Assembly (NCBI GenBank): GCA_019058275.1
Contig: JAHLVW010000016.1
Coordinates: 14,541 to 78,540, forward strand
Source of the DNA: Candidatus Heimdallarchaeota archaeon
Lineage (GTDB): Archaea; Asgardarchaeota; Heimdallarchaeia; JABLTI01
Length of the DNA stretch: 64,000 nt
Direction of reading: 5' to 3'
Below the pieces are notes generated by a model that did no database searches, was not told where the DNA came from, and saw nothing but the letters and a program-made list of their open reading frames with translations. A program made the translations under genes and the position numbers. This document shows positions 17,887 to 28,014 of this stretch, piece after piece (position 1 is the stretch's first letter; the number at the start of each line of letters is the position of its first letter).

Positions 17887-20766
17887 TTGATGAAAAATTA
17901 CAAATACCCGCTTGTAACAGGAGGTATCTTATTCTTAGTGGTACTGCTTAGTGGTTTTTGTAATTATGGTTACGCTATAAATGATATCGATTATCGAATT
18001 ACTTCAAAAAGTGATGATAATTTAGATAAAACTTTCAATCCCTTAGATGAGTTTACAGAGGATGATGCAGGAAGTGGAGGTGATGCAAATGATTCCTTAC
18101 CATTTGCTACAAATATTATTCCTGGAAGTTATAATGGAACATTAACAGCTGATGACATAGATTGCTATACATTCTATGTAGAAATTGGAGTAATCATTAA
18201 TTTCACAATGATTCCCCTAAATTTCACTGTTGATTTTAATTTACAACTTTATGACCCAGGTCAATCACTGATATTGAGAGAAGATCCAAATGGTGCCGGA
18301 GTGCGTGAATCAATAATATGGTCTACTGCATATGCAGGAAATTATTTTGCTAAAATATCACCAGCAACTGTTAGTGATATAGCAAATTATACATTTTCAA
18401 TTTCCACACAAGAACAAAACGATTTTAATTCTGGTACAGATGCTGGTAACTTTTTTGCTACATCATTGAATATTAGTGCAGGTAATTCTAGTGGAACTAT
18501 GGTTGTTGATAGTGATGTTTATGATTTTTATGAAATTTCTCTTACCAAGGGAGATGTTATTGATATTTTCCTAAAACCTCTTAATACAACTAACATTGAT
18601 TTATTCTTGTTTGATTCAAGCGTAGTTGAATTAGCAAGTTCTACAAAATTCACAGGTATTAATGAGTCGATTTACTACGCAATCAGCATTAATGGATCTT
18701 ATGTTATTGGTGTACAATTAATTGAAGCAACTGGTGTAGAAGAAATATTGCCATACAATATTTCAATTATTATTGACAGACAAGATGATGCTGATTCAGG
18801 AACAGATGCTGGTGACATTCCAGAAGATGCCTACTTAATCACACCTTTAATGGGTTCAAAATTTGAAGGAAGATTAATTTGGAATGGAGACCAGAGGGAC
18901 TTTTACAGATTTGTTATTTCGCAACAATCACAAATTTTTGTGCATTTAGAAGTACCTGAGAATGTTAATTTCGATCTTGCAATTTATGATCATGAAGGAG
19001 CAATTCTATATTCATCAGAGAAAGAATGGGGTAATGAATATATTTCAGAAATTCTACAAAATGGCACATATTATATATCAATCGAATTCATGACAGGTGG
19101 AACAGCTATTGAGGGGCAATATACCCTGGAGTTTAGTATCATTCCTCTTGCACTAAACACAACAACTGGTTTAAATCCTGGAGAATGGATTCCTATTGTT
19201 ATATCAGCTGTTTTAGTACCGATTTCATTATTGATTATAATTATATTAGTTTTATACATGTTTACTGAGGTTAGAATTCCTTGGGTTTCAAAGAAACTTG
19301 ACCAATACTTCAGTAAGGAAGGACAAGAAGACAGTGTAAAATCCCTTAGATATGCTTTACGAGTGAGAGATGATCAAATTGGCACTCTACGTGAAGAAAT
19401 GATTGATAAGGATTCTAAAAGAGCAAAAGACTTGGAATCCCTTCATCGTCTCGAGGAAGATCAGAAATCCAAAGAAAAGGTTCTGACTAAATTACGAGAA
19501 GAAAGTACTGGATTAAAAACTCAACTAGATAACTTACAAGCAGTTAATGATGACTTGGCAAATATTATTGATAGTACGATAAGAAGGCAATTATCTAAAT
19601 CAAGTAAACCTTCACAAAAGGCTAATGTTTCTTCAATAACATCACTTTTATGGTTATCTGAAGAAAGACTGGTTAATTACATCCAATCTATTCCATTGTT
19701 AAATGAACGATATATACTCGATAGATCAAAAAGCGTAATATTAACTCGAGAATACGCAAGAGAAATAGTAAGACAAGCCTATTGGAAGAGAGTAGGTGCT
19801 ATGCATCTCAAGAAAATTAAGCAAGTAAAAATTGCTAATTTAGCTGATGACACGAAAATCGAAATCAATACTTTGAAAGAAATTCTACGAGAACTAGTTG
19901 AAAGAAAAGAGATTCCCGCGCCAATACATATGGATCGAATCTCCTTGCTACTGTCGATATCAGAGGAGCTTATTGCAGAATTAGCAGATATTGCTCAATC
20001 AATGCCTATTATTTCCTTAAAGGAAATATCAAAATCCTACGATACAACTCCAGATAGTGCTAAGGTTATCTTTGAACGAATTGCTGAAGAAGGATACGCA
20101 AATGGTGAATTCATAAATGATGATACTTTTGTTGTTTTTGATTTGTTTGCTGAAATGATTATTAATGAAGGAAGCATTAAAATCTCAAAGTTAATAGAGG
20201 AAAATAAACTGCAAGGTCAAAAAGAAGAGATTAAAATTGTTGTTGAGAAGCTTTTACAATCAAATGAAATTGAGGGAGAATTCTTAACTGATGACATGTT
20301 TCTATGCTTCAATAACCTTACTGATCAACTTAAAACGCTAATTAAATCAAGCATTGAAAACATCGCTAAAGGTGATACAAGACGAGTTGTTTTTGATATG
20401 GGAAGTGTAGTTGAATCTATCACTAAAGAACGATTAATCATTGATATTCATGAAACTGAAGATATATCAAAATTACCTCGTTATCAAGACATCATTGAAT
20501 CTAGGGAACTTGGAAGAATACTACGTGCTGCAGAGGACAACAAAATATCATTGCCATCTTTTATTGAACTAAAATCCCTCAACAGATTCTGGGCTCAGAA
20601 AATTAAACATACAAAACCAGGAGAACTACCTTACATTCCAACACTAGGTGAGTCTCGAGACTTTTTATTTGAAGCTAATAAAGCATTGAATAAACTATTG
20701 TCACAAAAGATTCCCACAAAATGGAAGAAAAAGATAGCTGAAAAGCTTTTGAAAGATAATAAATAA
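17887..20766 (+). CDS. Single-pass receptor-like protein: signal peptide, 3x PPC domains, TM, coiled coil, winged-helix array, HEPN-like C-terminal domain
   Basis: Three repeats D-x-x-SG-x-DA..D-F/C-Y..D/N-F/I-D/N-L-x-L-Y/F-D..G-x-Y; TM at aa ~435-460; heptads at aa ~485-565; wH repeats (ISLKEIS..IAEEGYANGEFINDDTF); helical C-terminus. Confidence 0.75.
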   Translation: MMKNYKYPLVTGGILFLVVLLSGFCNYGYAINDIDYRITSKSDDNLDKTFNPLDEFTEDDAGSGGDANDSLPFATNIIPGSYNGTLTADDIDCYTFYVEIGVIINFTMIPLNFTVDFNLQLYDPGQSLILREDPNGAGVRESIIWSTAYAGNYFAKISPATVSDIANYTFSISTQEQNDFNSGTDAGNFFATSLNISAGNSSGTMVVDSDVYDFYEISLTKGDVIDIFLKPLNTTNIDLFLFDSSVVELASSTKFTGINESIYYAISINGSYVIGVQLIEATGVEEILPYNISIIIDRQDDADSGTDAGDIPEDAYLITPLMGSKFEGRLIWNGDQRDFYRFVISQQSQIFVHLEVPENVNFDLAIYDHEGAILYSSEKEWGNEYISEILQNGTYYISIEFMTGGTAIEGQYTLEFSIIPLALNTTTGLNPGEWIPIVISAVLVPISLLIIIILVLYMFTEVRIPWVSKKLDQYFSKEGQEDSVKSLRYALRVRDDQIGTLREEMIDKDSKRAKDLESLHRLEEDQKSKEKVLTKLREESTGLKTQLDNLQAVNDDLANIIDSTIRRQLSKSSKPSQKANVSSITSLLWLSEERLVNYIQSIPLLNERYILDRSKSVILTREYAREIVRQAYWKRVGAMHLKKIKQVKIANLADDTKIEINTLKEILRELVERKEIPAPIHMDRISLLLSISEELIAELADIAQSMPIISLKEISKSYDTTPDSAKVIFERIAEEGYANGEFINDDTFVVFDLFAEMIINEGSIKISKLIEENKLQGQKEEIKIVVEKLLQSNEIEGEFLTDDMFLCFNNLTDQLKTLIKSSIENIAKGDTRRVVFDMGSVVESITKERLIIDIHETEDISKLPRYQDIIESRELGRILRAAEDNKISLPSFIELKSLNRFWAQKIKHTKPGELPYIPTLGESRDFLFEANKALNKLLSQKIPTKWKKKIAEKLLKDNK

Positions 20767-20774
20767 AATAAGTT

Positions 20775-20796
20775 TCCTTAGGGAAGACCCTAAGGA
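20775..20796. terminator. Stem-loop between convergent genes
   Basis: TCCTTAGGG-AAGA-CCCTAAGGA. Confidence 0.55.
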
Positions 20797-20810
20797 TAGC
20801 TTTCAATTTT

Positions 20811-23519
20811 TTAAGTTATTATATAAGCTAGTTTCCTTCTATTCTGGAAGAACATGAAAATACGTTCAATAAAGGAAATAGAAGGTTTATGAATTAGTAT
20901 TATGCTATCTTCGTATATATAGAGAAATTCTAATCGATTCAATTTTACTTCTTTCTCTTCATCTAATGTTTCAACCTTAATTGCTTCTTCTTCAATTTGA
21001 GTAATCTTGCCTTTGAGCAGTGTGTCTAAATCATCTTTTGTTTGCAGTGAAACAGGTTTACCATTTAATGATTCAATAATTGAACGTTGTTGCTTTTCTT
21101 TTCCTTTCTTAAGATAAATATCAAATGGTTTGAAACCAATAACAAATTTCTCAGCAGAAATTGTCTTAGTTTGTTCTCCTAAGGTAATAATGAATGTGCT
21201 TGCTGAAAAGTCAGCTTCATTCAATTCAAATGAATCCAAATGAGTTAAACGAGTAATCCCTTTTTGTAATAGTAGAATATCTCTTCCAACGATATCATTA
21301 ATATAGGATATTGGAACTCCAGGAACCTTTAGTTCTTTGATTTCCTCTTCACCGTTCTCAACGAATTTTGTTTTAAATGTAAAGATCTTTTCATTACCAC
21401 CAATTTCAACAATCTCACCAATTTTTCCATTCTTGAAAACTTGTTTTTGTCCTAAGGACATTTCATAGATGTTGAAGTCACTAGCAAAGACTGATTCTTT
21501 CTGTTTGTCTGATGAAGTCTTAAGCTTTAGTGGTGATGTTATTTTATTTGACAAGGTGATATCTTCTAGTTTTCCTATTATGAAGTTCTTTTTGTCTATT
21601 TTTGAAACTGCTACAATATCCTTACCTTTCAGATATTCAAATTGATAAGATAAGTGTGAAAGTGTATCATAATCTTTTATTCCTGTTTCACTATATTGGT
21701 CTTGGAATGTTTCATTTATGATATCAGCAGCCTTTTTCCGCATTTCATGCAATTCACGAATGAAATCCCTTCTTACAAATGGAACTAGTAGAAAGAATGG
21801 TAATAGCGCTGCTTTAAATGGTCGAAGCTTTTCTTGTTCAACTAAAGCCATAACTCTATAAGCAGATTTAGGATGACTTGCTATTAAATTAACAAAATTC
21901 TCCATAACATTTGGTTTAATATAATTCCTATACATATTTCTTCCAGCATCACCTAAGAATCGCAACTTCTCTGATTTTGTTTGTTCTTTGTCTGTTAGCA
22001 AATAGACACTCAAACCCATTTCACTTGCTACGCCTTGATAAAAACCATCAAGTTTAACAAGAGATTTAGCAAGTGGTTTCCCATAACCAGCTCTCATTGT
22101 TAGAAGATCTGCTCTTCCTTCAAGAAACCTAACAAATATGTAAGAGAAAGCTAGCAAAGCAATATTGTATAAATAATACCAGAGAAAACCAAATCCTACA
22201 TCAGGATCGAATATGTAATCAAGAGTAGTTGCTGGTAAATTAAGTGCTTTTGTAATAGCAAATGTTAGTGCTGTAAGTATCAACAGCCAAAAGGTATGGA
22301 TTTTTTGAGAATGTACTAATTCATGTCCCGCAATACCTCTTATATCATCATCTGAAAAATCTGAAAGATCTTTTGACATAAAAGCTATTCTTTTATCAAA
22401 AAATGCTCCAAAGGCAAAGGCATTTAGGATTGGAGCCTTTACTTTTCCAACTTTTATTTTTGTTCTAATTCTAAGTTTTTGTCTTACTTCTTCAACAAGT
22501 TTCAAAACTCTCTCATGGTGTTTTCTATCTATGACTTTTTGTTCCAATTTTTCAACTAATTTTGTTATACGTTTACTACTAAGTTCGGAAGTTTCTGTTT
22601 TTAATTTATCAATTGATTTCAATATTTGCTCATCTTTAACTTGTTTAGTTAATTTGTTCTCAATATCATCAACAGATTTGATAACATTCTCCTCTGCATC
22701 TTTTTTCACTAATTTCTGTTTTATTTTAGCAGTCAATTTTGTGAAATCTTCTTCCTTTATATTCTTGACTCCAAAGATTAGATGAAGCAAAGGTCCAGAT
22801 ATAAGATAAAGAACAAAATTCGTAAGAATCATAATTTCATAGGTTCCAAAGGAAGCGAATAATAGCCGTTCTGCTACAGGACCCGTAAAAGTACCATAGA
22901 AGAAATTTAGACCATCTTCACCAAAATTTGAAAATTGATATAGGATAACATATGAGAAAGCAAATAGCAAAAGATAAATGATTTGTGGTGATGTTAAGCG
23001 AGATACTAAAAAGAATCTTCTACCAAAGAATATGATACAAAGTAAGAAGAAAACATAGATAAAAACATTCCAGGCAAGTCCGAACCATTGTTGACCATTA
23101 AATGCTCCAAGTGTAAAAGCACCTTCATCACCATCAAAATGGAATTTTGAATATGTTTCCATTACGAATTGCATTATTCTACCAGCTAGAACAACAACAT
23201 AAGATATCAGAGAGGCTAACATCAATTCGCGCCATACTGGACTTTCACGAATAACCCAAAGTGAAAAAATCATTAACCAACATAAAGCTGCAAGAATAGC
23301 TAGCAAAGCATCTTGAGTGAAACCTTGAATTAAACCACCAATAACTCCTCCTAGTAACATCATAACTAAATCAGGTTCATTCTTCTGAGTTATTACAGTA
23401 TATAACTCAGTTAGTAGAAATATACCACAAAAAATGGCTATAATAAATCCTAAAGTTGCTGGTAAATTTTCTGTTGAAAACCAATCTCTAAGAACATCAG
23501 TAAAAGCTGCTAATTCCAT
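20811..23519 (-). CDS. M48 (HtpX/Ste24-like) membrane metalloprotease with N-terminal multi-TM region and C-terminal beta-barrel domains
   Basis: NAFAFG, HELVH zinc motif, EGRAD, LAKSLVKL and SHP..R motifs; about 7 extra N-terminal TM helices; beta-rich C-terminal third. Confidence 0.85.
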   Translation of the reverse strand: MELAAFTDVLRDWFSTENLPATLGFIIAIFCGIFLLTELYTVITQKNEPDLVMMLLGGVIGGLIQGFTQDALLAILAALCWLMIFSLWVIRESPVWRELMLASLISYVVVLAGRIMQFVMETYSKFHFDGDEGAFTLGAFNGQQWFGLAWNVFIYVFFLLCIIFFGRRFFLVSRLTSPQIIYLLLFAFSYVILYQFSNFGEDGLNFFYGTFTGPVAERLLFASFGTYEIMILTNFVLYLISGPLLHLIFGVKNIKEEDFTKLTAKIKQKLVKKDAEENVIKSVDDIENKLTKQVKDEQILKSIDKLKTETSELSSKRITKLVEKLEQKVIDRKHHERVLKLVEEVRQKLRIRTKIKVGKVKAPILNAFAFGAFFDKRIAFMSKDLSDFSDDDIRGIAGHELVHSQKIHTFWLLILTALTFAITKALNLPATTLDYIFDPDVGFGFLWYYLYNIALLAFSYIFVRFLEGRADLLTMRAGYGKPLAKSLVKLDGFYQGVASEMGLSVYLLTDKEQTKSEKLRFLGDAGRNMYRNYIKPNVMENFVNLIASHPKSAYRVMALVEQEKLRPFKAALLPFFLLVPFVRRDFIRELHEMRKKAADIINETFQDQYSETGIKDYDTLSHLSYQFEYLKGKDIVAVSKIDKKNFIIGKLEDITLSNKITSPLKLKTSSDKQKESVFASDFNIYEMSLGQKQVFKNGKIGEIVEIGGNEKIFTFKTKFVENGEEEIKELKVPGVPISYINDIVGRDILLLQKGITRLTHLDSFELNEADFSASTFIITLGEQTKTISAEKFVIGFKPFDIYLKKGKEKQQRSIIESLNGKPVSLQTKDDLDTLLKGKITQIEEEAIKVETLDEEKEVKLNRLEFLYIYEDSIILIHKPSISFIERIFMFFQNRRKLAYIIT

Positions 23520-23657
23520 TTTAAATGCACCATTGATTAACTTAACAAAGATTATTTATCCAAATTATTTACAAAGAGTTAAGATGAATACTCATAAACA
23601 TTTCTGCTAGATTAACTATTGTTTTAAAGAACAAGATTCTATATAAAAAATAATGGA

Positions 23658-23686
23658 AAAGTGATTAACAATGAGTTAATCACTTT
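23658..23686 (-). terminator. Stem-loop downstream of hydrogenase operon
   Basis: 12-bp perfect arms AAAGTGATTAAC-AATGA-GTTAATCACTTT. Confidence 0.55.
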
Positions 23687-23693
23687 GAGTTAC

Positions 23694-24995
23694 TTATTTT
23701 CTTCTGAAATCAATAGTTATTGCATGTGCTGAACAAGATATGCAAGGATCATAGGATCTGACCAGCATATTTAGAAGTAATTCAATTTCCTCTTGTTTCT
23801 TATCAGCAATCATTGGGGCAAATTTCTTGACATCATCCTCAATTTTGTTCGTATTATGTGCAGTTGGGGTTATTACATCAACACGAGTGATAATACCATC
23901 TTTGTCCACATCATATGAATGATTAAGGAGTCCTCGTGGAGCTTCTGTAGCGATTGTACCAGTGCCTGCTTTAATCTTGAAATCTTTGTTGTCATCTTTA
24001 GGTGGTTTCTCAATGTATTTGTCAGATATTTCAATTGCTTTATCTACACAATGCATTAACTCAATAACTCTTGTGAGATTGTTATTAAATGGATTAAAAT
24101 TTGGGAGTTTCAAACTAAATTGCTTTACCAAAGCTTTAGCATCATCAGTTAAGAATTTATTATTGATATTTACTCTTGCAAGAGGAGAAACATAATAAAT
24201 CTCACCATTGTTTATCGTTGAAAATTTTGCAGTAGAATAATCTCGAACTTCTTCTTTAATGAAGTCCTTTTTGTAATCCTCAGCAGGAATAGTTTTTCCA
24301 CTAAGCAAGCATTTTAGATCGCCTTTGAGAAATGGATAGGTTTTTCCATCATAGATAGCTATCTGTTCTGTTTTATTGTTAAATTTTGGCATTTCCAATC
24401 CTGCATAGAGGTCAGCAAGAACTTGTGTTCCTTTTTTAAATACAATTAATTTTTCTTTCATGGTCTCTAGTTGCTTAGTTGTTGGGTATTTACCAAAACC
24501 ACCCGGTCTAATGTTTACTGGATGGATTTCACGACCGCCTATCAATGCCTGTAAATCATTAGCTATCCTTTTCATTCTGAGAATTAGCTTAACTTCATTT
24601 GGAAACTTTGGTACCATTTGTATGACTCCATCATATCCTAAGAAATCAGGCAAAGCAAGCATTCCTACGTGTAAAATATGAGATTGAGTATTTTCTCCAT
24701 GATCTAATAAGAGTCTGAAGTCTTCAACTTGTTTGCTCGGTTCAATACTAACTGAACGTTCTAACGCTTCAACAGCGGATAATTGATGGGAAGCACTACA
24801 GATAGCACAAATTCTAGACATAATATTAATTGCTTCATTATATTTTCTGCCAACAGCTAATCCTTCAAAGAATCTTGCTCCTTCTATGATTTGCATTTCT
24901 ACATTGTTGATTTCTTTCTTATCCATTTCAACTAGTAGACTTCCGTGACCTTCTACACGACAAATGTGTTCTAAATGTAATTTCTTTACTGTCAT
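23694..24995 (-). CDS. hydA: Group 3b [NiFe]-hydrogenase large (alpha) subunit
   Basis: RVEGHG, L1 RICAICSASH, EAPRG, L2 YDPCISCSAH with a cleavable C-terminal tail; operon context beta-gamma-delta-alpha. Confidence 0.93.
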   Translation of the reverse strand: MTVKKLHLEHICRVEGHGSLLVEMDKKEINNVEMQIIEGARFFEGLAVGRKYNEAINIMSRICAICSASHQLSAVEALERSVSIEPSKQVEDFRLLLDHGENTQSHILHVGMLALPDFLGYDGVIQMVPKFPNEVKLILRMKRIANDLQALIGGREIHPVNIRPGGFGKYPTTKQLETMKEKLIVFKKGTQVLADLYAGLEMPKFNNKTEQIAIYDGKTYPFLKGDLKCLLSGKTIPAEDYKKDFIKEEVRDYSTAKFSTINNGEIYYVSPLARVNINNKFLTDDAKALVKQFSLKLPNFNPFNNNLTRVIELMHCVDKAIEISDKYIEKPPKDDNKDFKIKAGTGTIATEAPRGLLNHSYDVDKDGIITRVDVITPTAHNTNKIEDDVKKFAPMIADKKQEEIELLLNMLVRSYDPCISCSAHAITIDFRRK

Positions 24996-25008
24996 TTCAC
25001 ATTCCCAC

Positions 25009-25821
25009 CTATTCTTTATCATCCTCTCCATACTTGAGATTTTTATCTTGCTCTATCCAAGCTTTTAATAAAAATTCCTTCACCTGAGGGTCTTCGCCAT
25101 TATATTTTAAAACAAATCTAGTGACATCGCTCACAGATGCGCCTTTTTTCACCATTAAATCAACTTGCTGTTGATATGCTGCTTCTAATGTCGAACCACG
25201 ACAACCATCACATGGTAATCCATAACTTGGACATAATGCATCACACCCAGCTTGAATTACTGGTCCCATACAAATTATATTATCCTCTAAGAAAATGCAT
25301 CGATTTTCTTTTGCCTTACATTGATGACAAACAGGCAGATTTGGTAATTTTGGTTTACCACCAATAAGGACATACTTAACAAAATCTAAGAATTCATATT
25401 TGTTAACAGGACATTCAAGTATATAATGATCTACCTCAACCACATTGTTAATGGGTTTAACTTTGATAACTGGAAGTTTATCAGCATCTTTACCATATTG
25501 TGCTTCTCGGATTACTCGATCATTTCTATAGTTTCTAATTGCTTGCACGCCCCCAAAACAAGCACATGATCCTATTGCTACGAGAACTTTTGCTTTAGTC
25601 CTTAGTTCTTTTAGTTCTTTTTCTTGTTTTTTATTTACGATGCTTCCTTCAACGAATAGAATATCATATGGACCTTTCTTATTACCAGTCATAGCCATTC
25701 TGAAATCGATGATATCAACTAAGTTCAATAAGTCAAGTAGCTCATCTTCTAGATCAAGAATACTAAGCTGGCAACCAGTGCAACCAGTAAATCCAACTAT
25801 TCCAATTTTTGGTTTTGACAC
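25009..25821 (-). CDS. hydD: Group 3b [NiFe]-hydrogenase small (delta) subunit
   Basis: GCTGC, FVEGS, IGSCACFGGV, VCHQC, CMGPV..AGCDALCP..PCDGCRG. Confidence 0.92.
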   Translation of the reverse strand: MSKPKIGIVGFTGCTGCQLSILDLEDELLDLLNLVDIIDFRMAMTGNKKGPYDILFVEGSIVNKKQEKELKELRTKAKVLVAIGSCACFGGVQAIRNYRNDRVIREAQYGKDADKLPVIKVKPINNVVEVDHYILECPVNKYEFLDFVKYVLIGGKPKLPNLPVCHQCKAKENRCIFLEDNIICMGPVIQAGCDALCPSYGLPCDGCRGSTLEAAYQQQVDLMVKKGASVSDVTRFVLKYNGEDPQVKEFLLKAWIEQDKNLKYGEDDKE

Positions 25822-26681
25822 TACATCAAAGCCTCCGGTAATGTTCTGATTTGCCTTAAGGTGAAGACTGGTCCATCAATGCAGACAAATTTATCACCTA
25901 CACCACAATGGCAACATTTACCAACACCACATTTCATTTTCCTTTCAAGAGACAGGTAAATGTGATCACTATTCAAACCGAGTTTTTCAAGTTCTATAAG
26001 TACGAATTTGTACATAATAGGTGGTCCACAAATCATTGCTATCGTATTTTTAGTGTCAATTTGATCAGCAATCTTTGGAAAGAGATTTGTAACTACTCCT
26101 AAATTCCCTTCCCAGCACCTATCATCATCACGATCAACAGTGCATTGGAAATCTATGTCTTCTCGAACTTCATATTCATCATTTTCTTCAGGGAACAATA
26201 TATCTGATGGGCATCGATCACCATAAAGCAAGAATATTTTACCATAGTCTTCTTTTTTATCAATTGCATATCTAAATACAGAACGAAGAGGTAGATAACC
26301 TAAACCACCAGTAATGAAAAGTAAATCTTTGCCTTTGTAGTCTGCTATTGGGAATCCATTTCCAAATGGTCCTCTAATACCTACAATATCACCTTTTTTC
26401 ATATTATGAATGGCATTTGTTACATTGCCGACATTTCTTATACCTAATTCAAAGGAACCTCTTTTTGTTGGAGGTGATGTTATACTAATAGGAACTTCTC
26501 CAATACCATATATTGATACCTCAACGAATTGTCCAGGAACATGTTCAAATAAAGGATTTAAATGGTTTTGAACAAATTTTAACTCAAACAGTTTTGTAGT
26601 ATCAGTTAGTTCTCGAATGTTTACTATTTTAGCTTCATGGGGTATGCTAATACCTTTATCGTGGGTAACTATTGCTCTCAT
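25821..26681 (-). CDS. hydG: Hydrogenase gamma subunit (FAD/NAD(P)-binding, 2Fe-2S)
   Basis: PGQF, RGPFGNGF, GGLG, CGPPIM, SLERKMKCGVGKCCHC, VCIDGPVF. Confidence 0.9.
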   Translation of the reverse strand: MRAIVTHDKGISIPHEAKIVNIRELTDTTKLFELKFVQNHLNPLFEHVPGQFVEVSIYGIGEVPISITSPPTKRGSFELGIRNVGNVTNAIHNMKKGDIVGIRGPFGNGFPIADYKGKDLLFITGGLGYLPLRSVFRYAIDKKEDYGKIFLLYGDRCPSDILFPEENDEYEVREDIDFQCTVDRDDDRCWEGNLGVVTNLFPKIADQIDTKNTIAMICGPPIMYKFVLIELEKLGLNSDHIYLSLERKMKCGVGKCCHCGVGDKFVCIDGPVFTLRQIRTLPEALM

Positions 26682-26682
26682 T

Positions 26683-27726
26683 TTACATTTCACCTCTAAC
26701 GTCTTCTACAACATCTCTAACATCAATAACTGCTGGACAGTAAGTAATGCATCTTCCACAACCAACGCACCCTTCAACATTATATCTTCTTGGTATATCG
26801 ATAAATTTGTGCAGATAACGATACCTAAATCGCCTTTCCTTTTCATGTCGAAAGTCATGTCCACCAGCTACACTTGCAAATTCGGGATAGTAGCATGAGT
26901 CCCATTCTCTTTGTCTAGTTCCAGTTTTTAGATCAATTGAGATCTTATCCTTTACATTAAAACAGTAACAAGTTGGACAGACAAAAGTACAAGAACCACA
27001 AAACAGACATTCTTTTGTATATTTCTTCCAAGCACGAGATTCGAATTTATCTTCCAATTCACTTGGTAATCCTTCAACAAGAATGTATTTCTTGAAATTA
27101 TTCTTTTTAAGCTCAAGGGTTCTTACATATTTTTCAAAATCATCATCTGTTGGCTCTTGAAAGAGATCTGGATATAATTTAAGAATTCGTTTACCACCAT
27201 CGGTATTTGGGACTATAATAAATTTATCTTTAGCAATTTCTGTGAGCATTATATCATAACCACTTTTAGGATCATTTGAGCTCATTGACTCACAGAAACA
27301 ATTCTCATAACATGGTTGCAAACAATTTATACCAATAATAAGGGCTCTTTCTCTAAGAGTGCTATAGAATTCATCTCTGAAATATTCCTTAAAAATCTTA
27401 TCTAGAACATTATTTCCAGTTATATCGCAAGGTCTGACACCAAAAACAACGATTTTCTTTTCAACACCAATATCTGATTCATCTAAACAGCTTTTAATCA
27501 CACCTTTAGTTCGATTAAATTTAAATAAATCTTGTTTGGCAGGATGAAAGAGTTTCTTTATTGATATCATTGGAAGTTCGGTATCAAATAGAACCTCATC
27601 TGAACTGGATATTTCTATAAGAGTTGGTACATTATTTTTATCTGTTGTTGCTATAACTACAAAATCACCTATCATAGCATCTACAAGTTCAGGAATTTTT
27701 TTTCTTGATATTAACTTTGAGACCAT
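26683..27726 (-). CDS. hydB: Hydrogenase beta subunit (AsrA-like 4Fe-4S protein)
   Basis: GVRPCD, CFC, CLFCGSCTFVCPTCYC, R.WDSC, CVGCGRCITYCP. Confidence 0.9.
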   Translation of the reverse strand: MVSKLISRKKIPELVDAMIGDFVVIATTDKNNVPTLIEISSSDEVLFDTELPMISIKKLFHPAKQDLFKFNRTKGVIKSCLDESDIGVEKKIVVFGVRPCDITGNNVLDKIFKEYFRDEFYSTLRERALIIGINCLQPCYENCFCESMSSNDPKSGYDIMLTEIAKDKFIIVPNTDGGKRILKLYPDLFQEPTDDDFEKYVRTLELKKNNFKKYILVEGLPSELEDKFESRAWKKYTKECLFCGSCTFVCPTCYCFNVKDKISIDLKTGTRQREWDSCYYPEFASVAGGHDFRHEKERRFRYRYLHKFIDIPRRYNVEGCVGCGRCITYCPAVIDVRDVVEDVRGEM

Positions 27727-28014
27727 TACAATGACTCCAAATTGCAGAATTTTTCAAATCGTCCGAGCTTTTGTTGACATTACTTTTTAATTATATTGAT
27801 GATGTTAATTATTAGTTACGATTTAAAAACTTAGAAAATTGTAATAAGCTAGTGTCAAAAATTCATTTTTGTGAAAAAATCCACAAATTTAACCTTCTAA
27901 TTTATCTTATAATATAAAGCTAAAGTATTAAAACTGAGTTTTCATAAATATACAAAAAATCTATTAGTTTAAAAGAATGAACATCTTAAAAGAGAATTTA
28001 AAGTTGGTTGGAAA

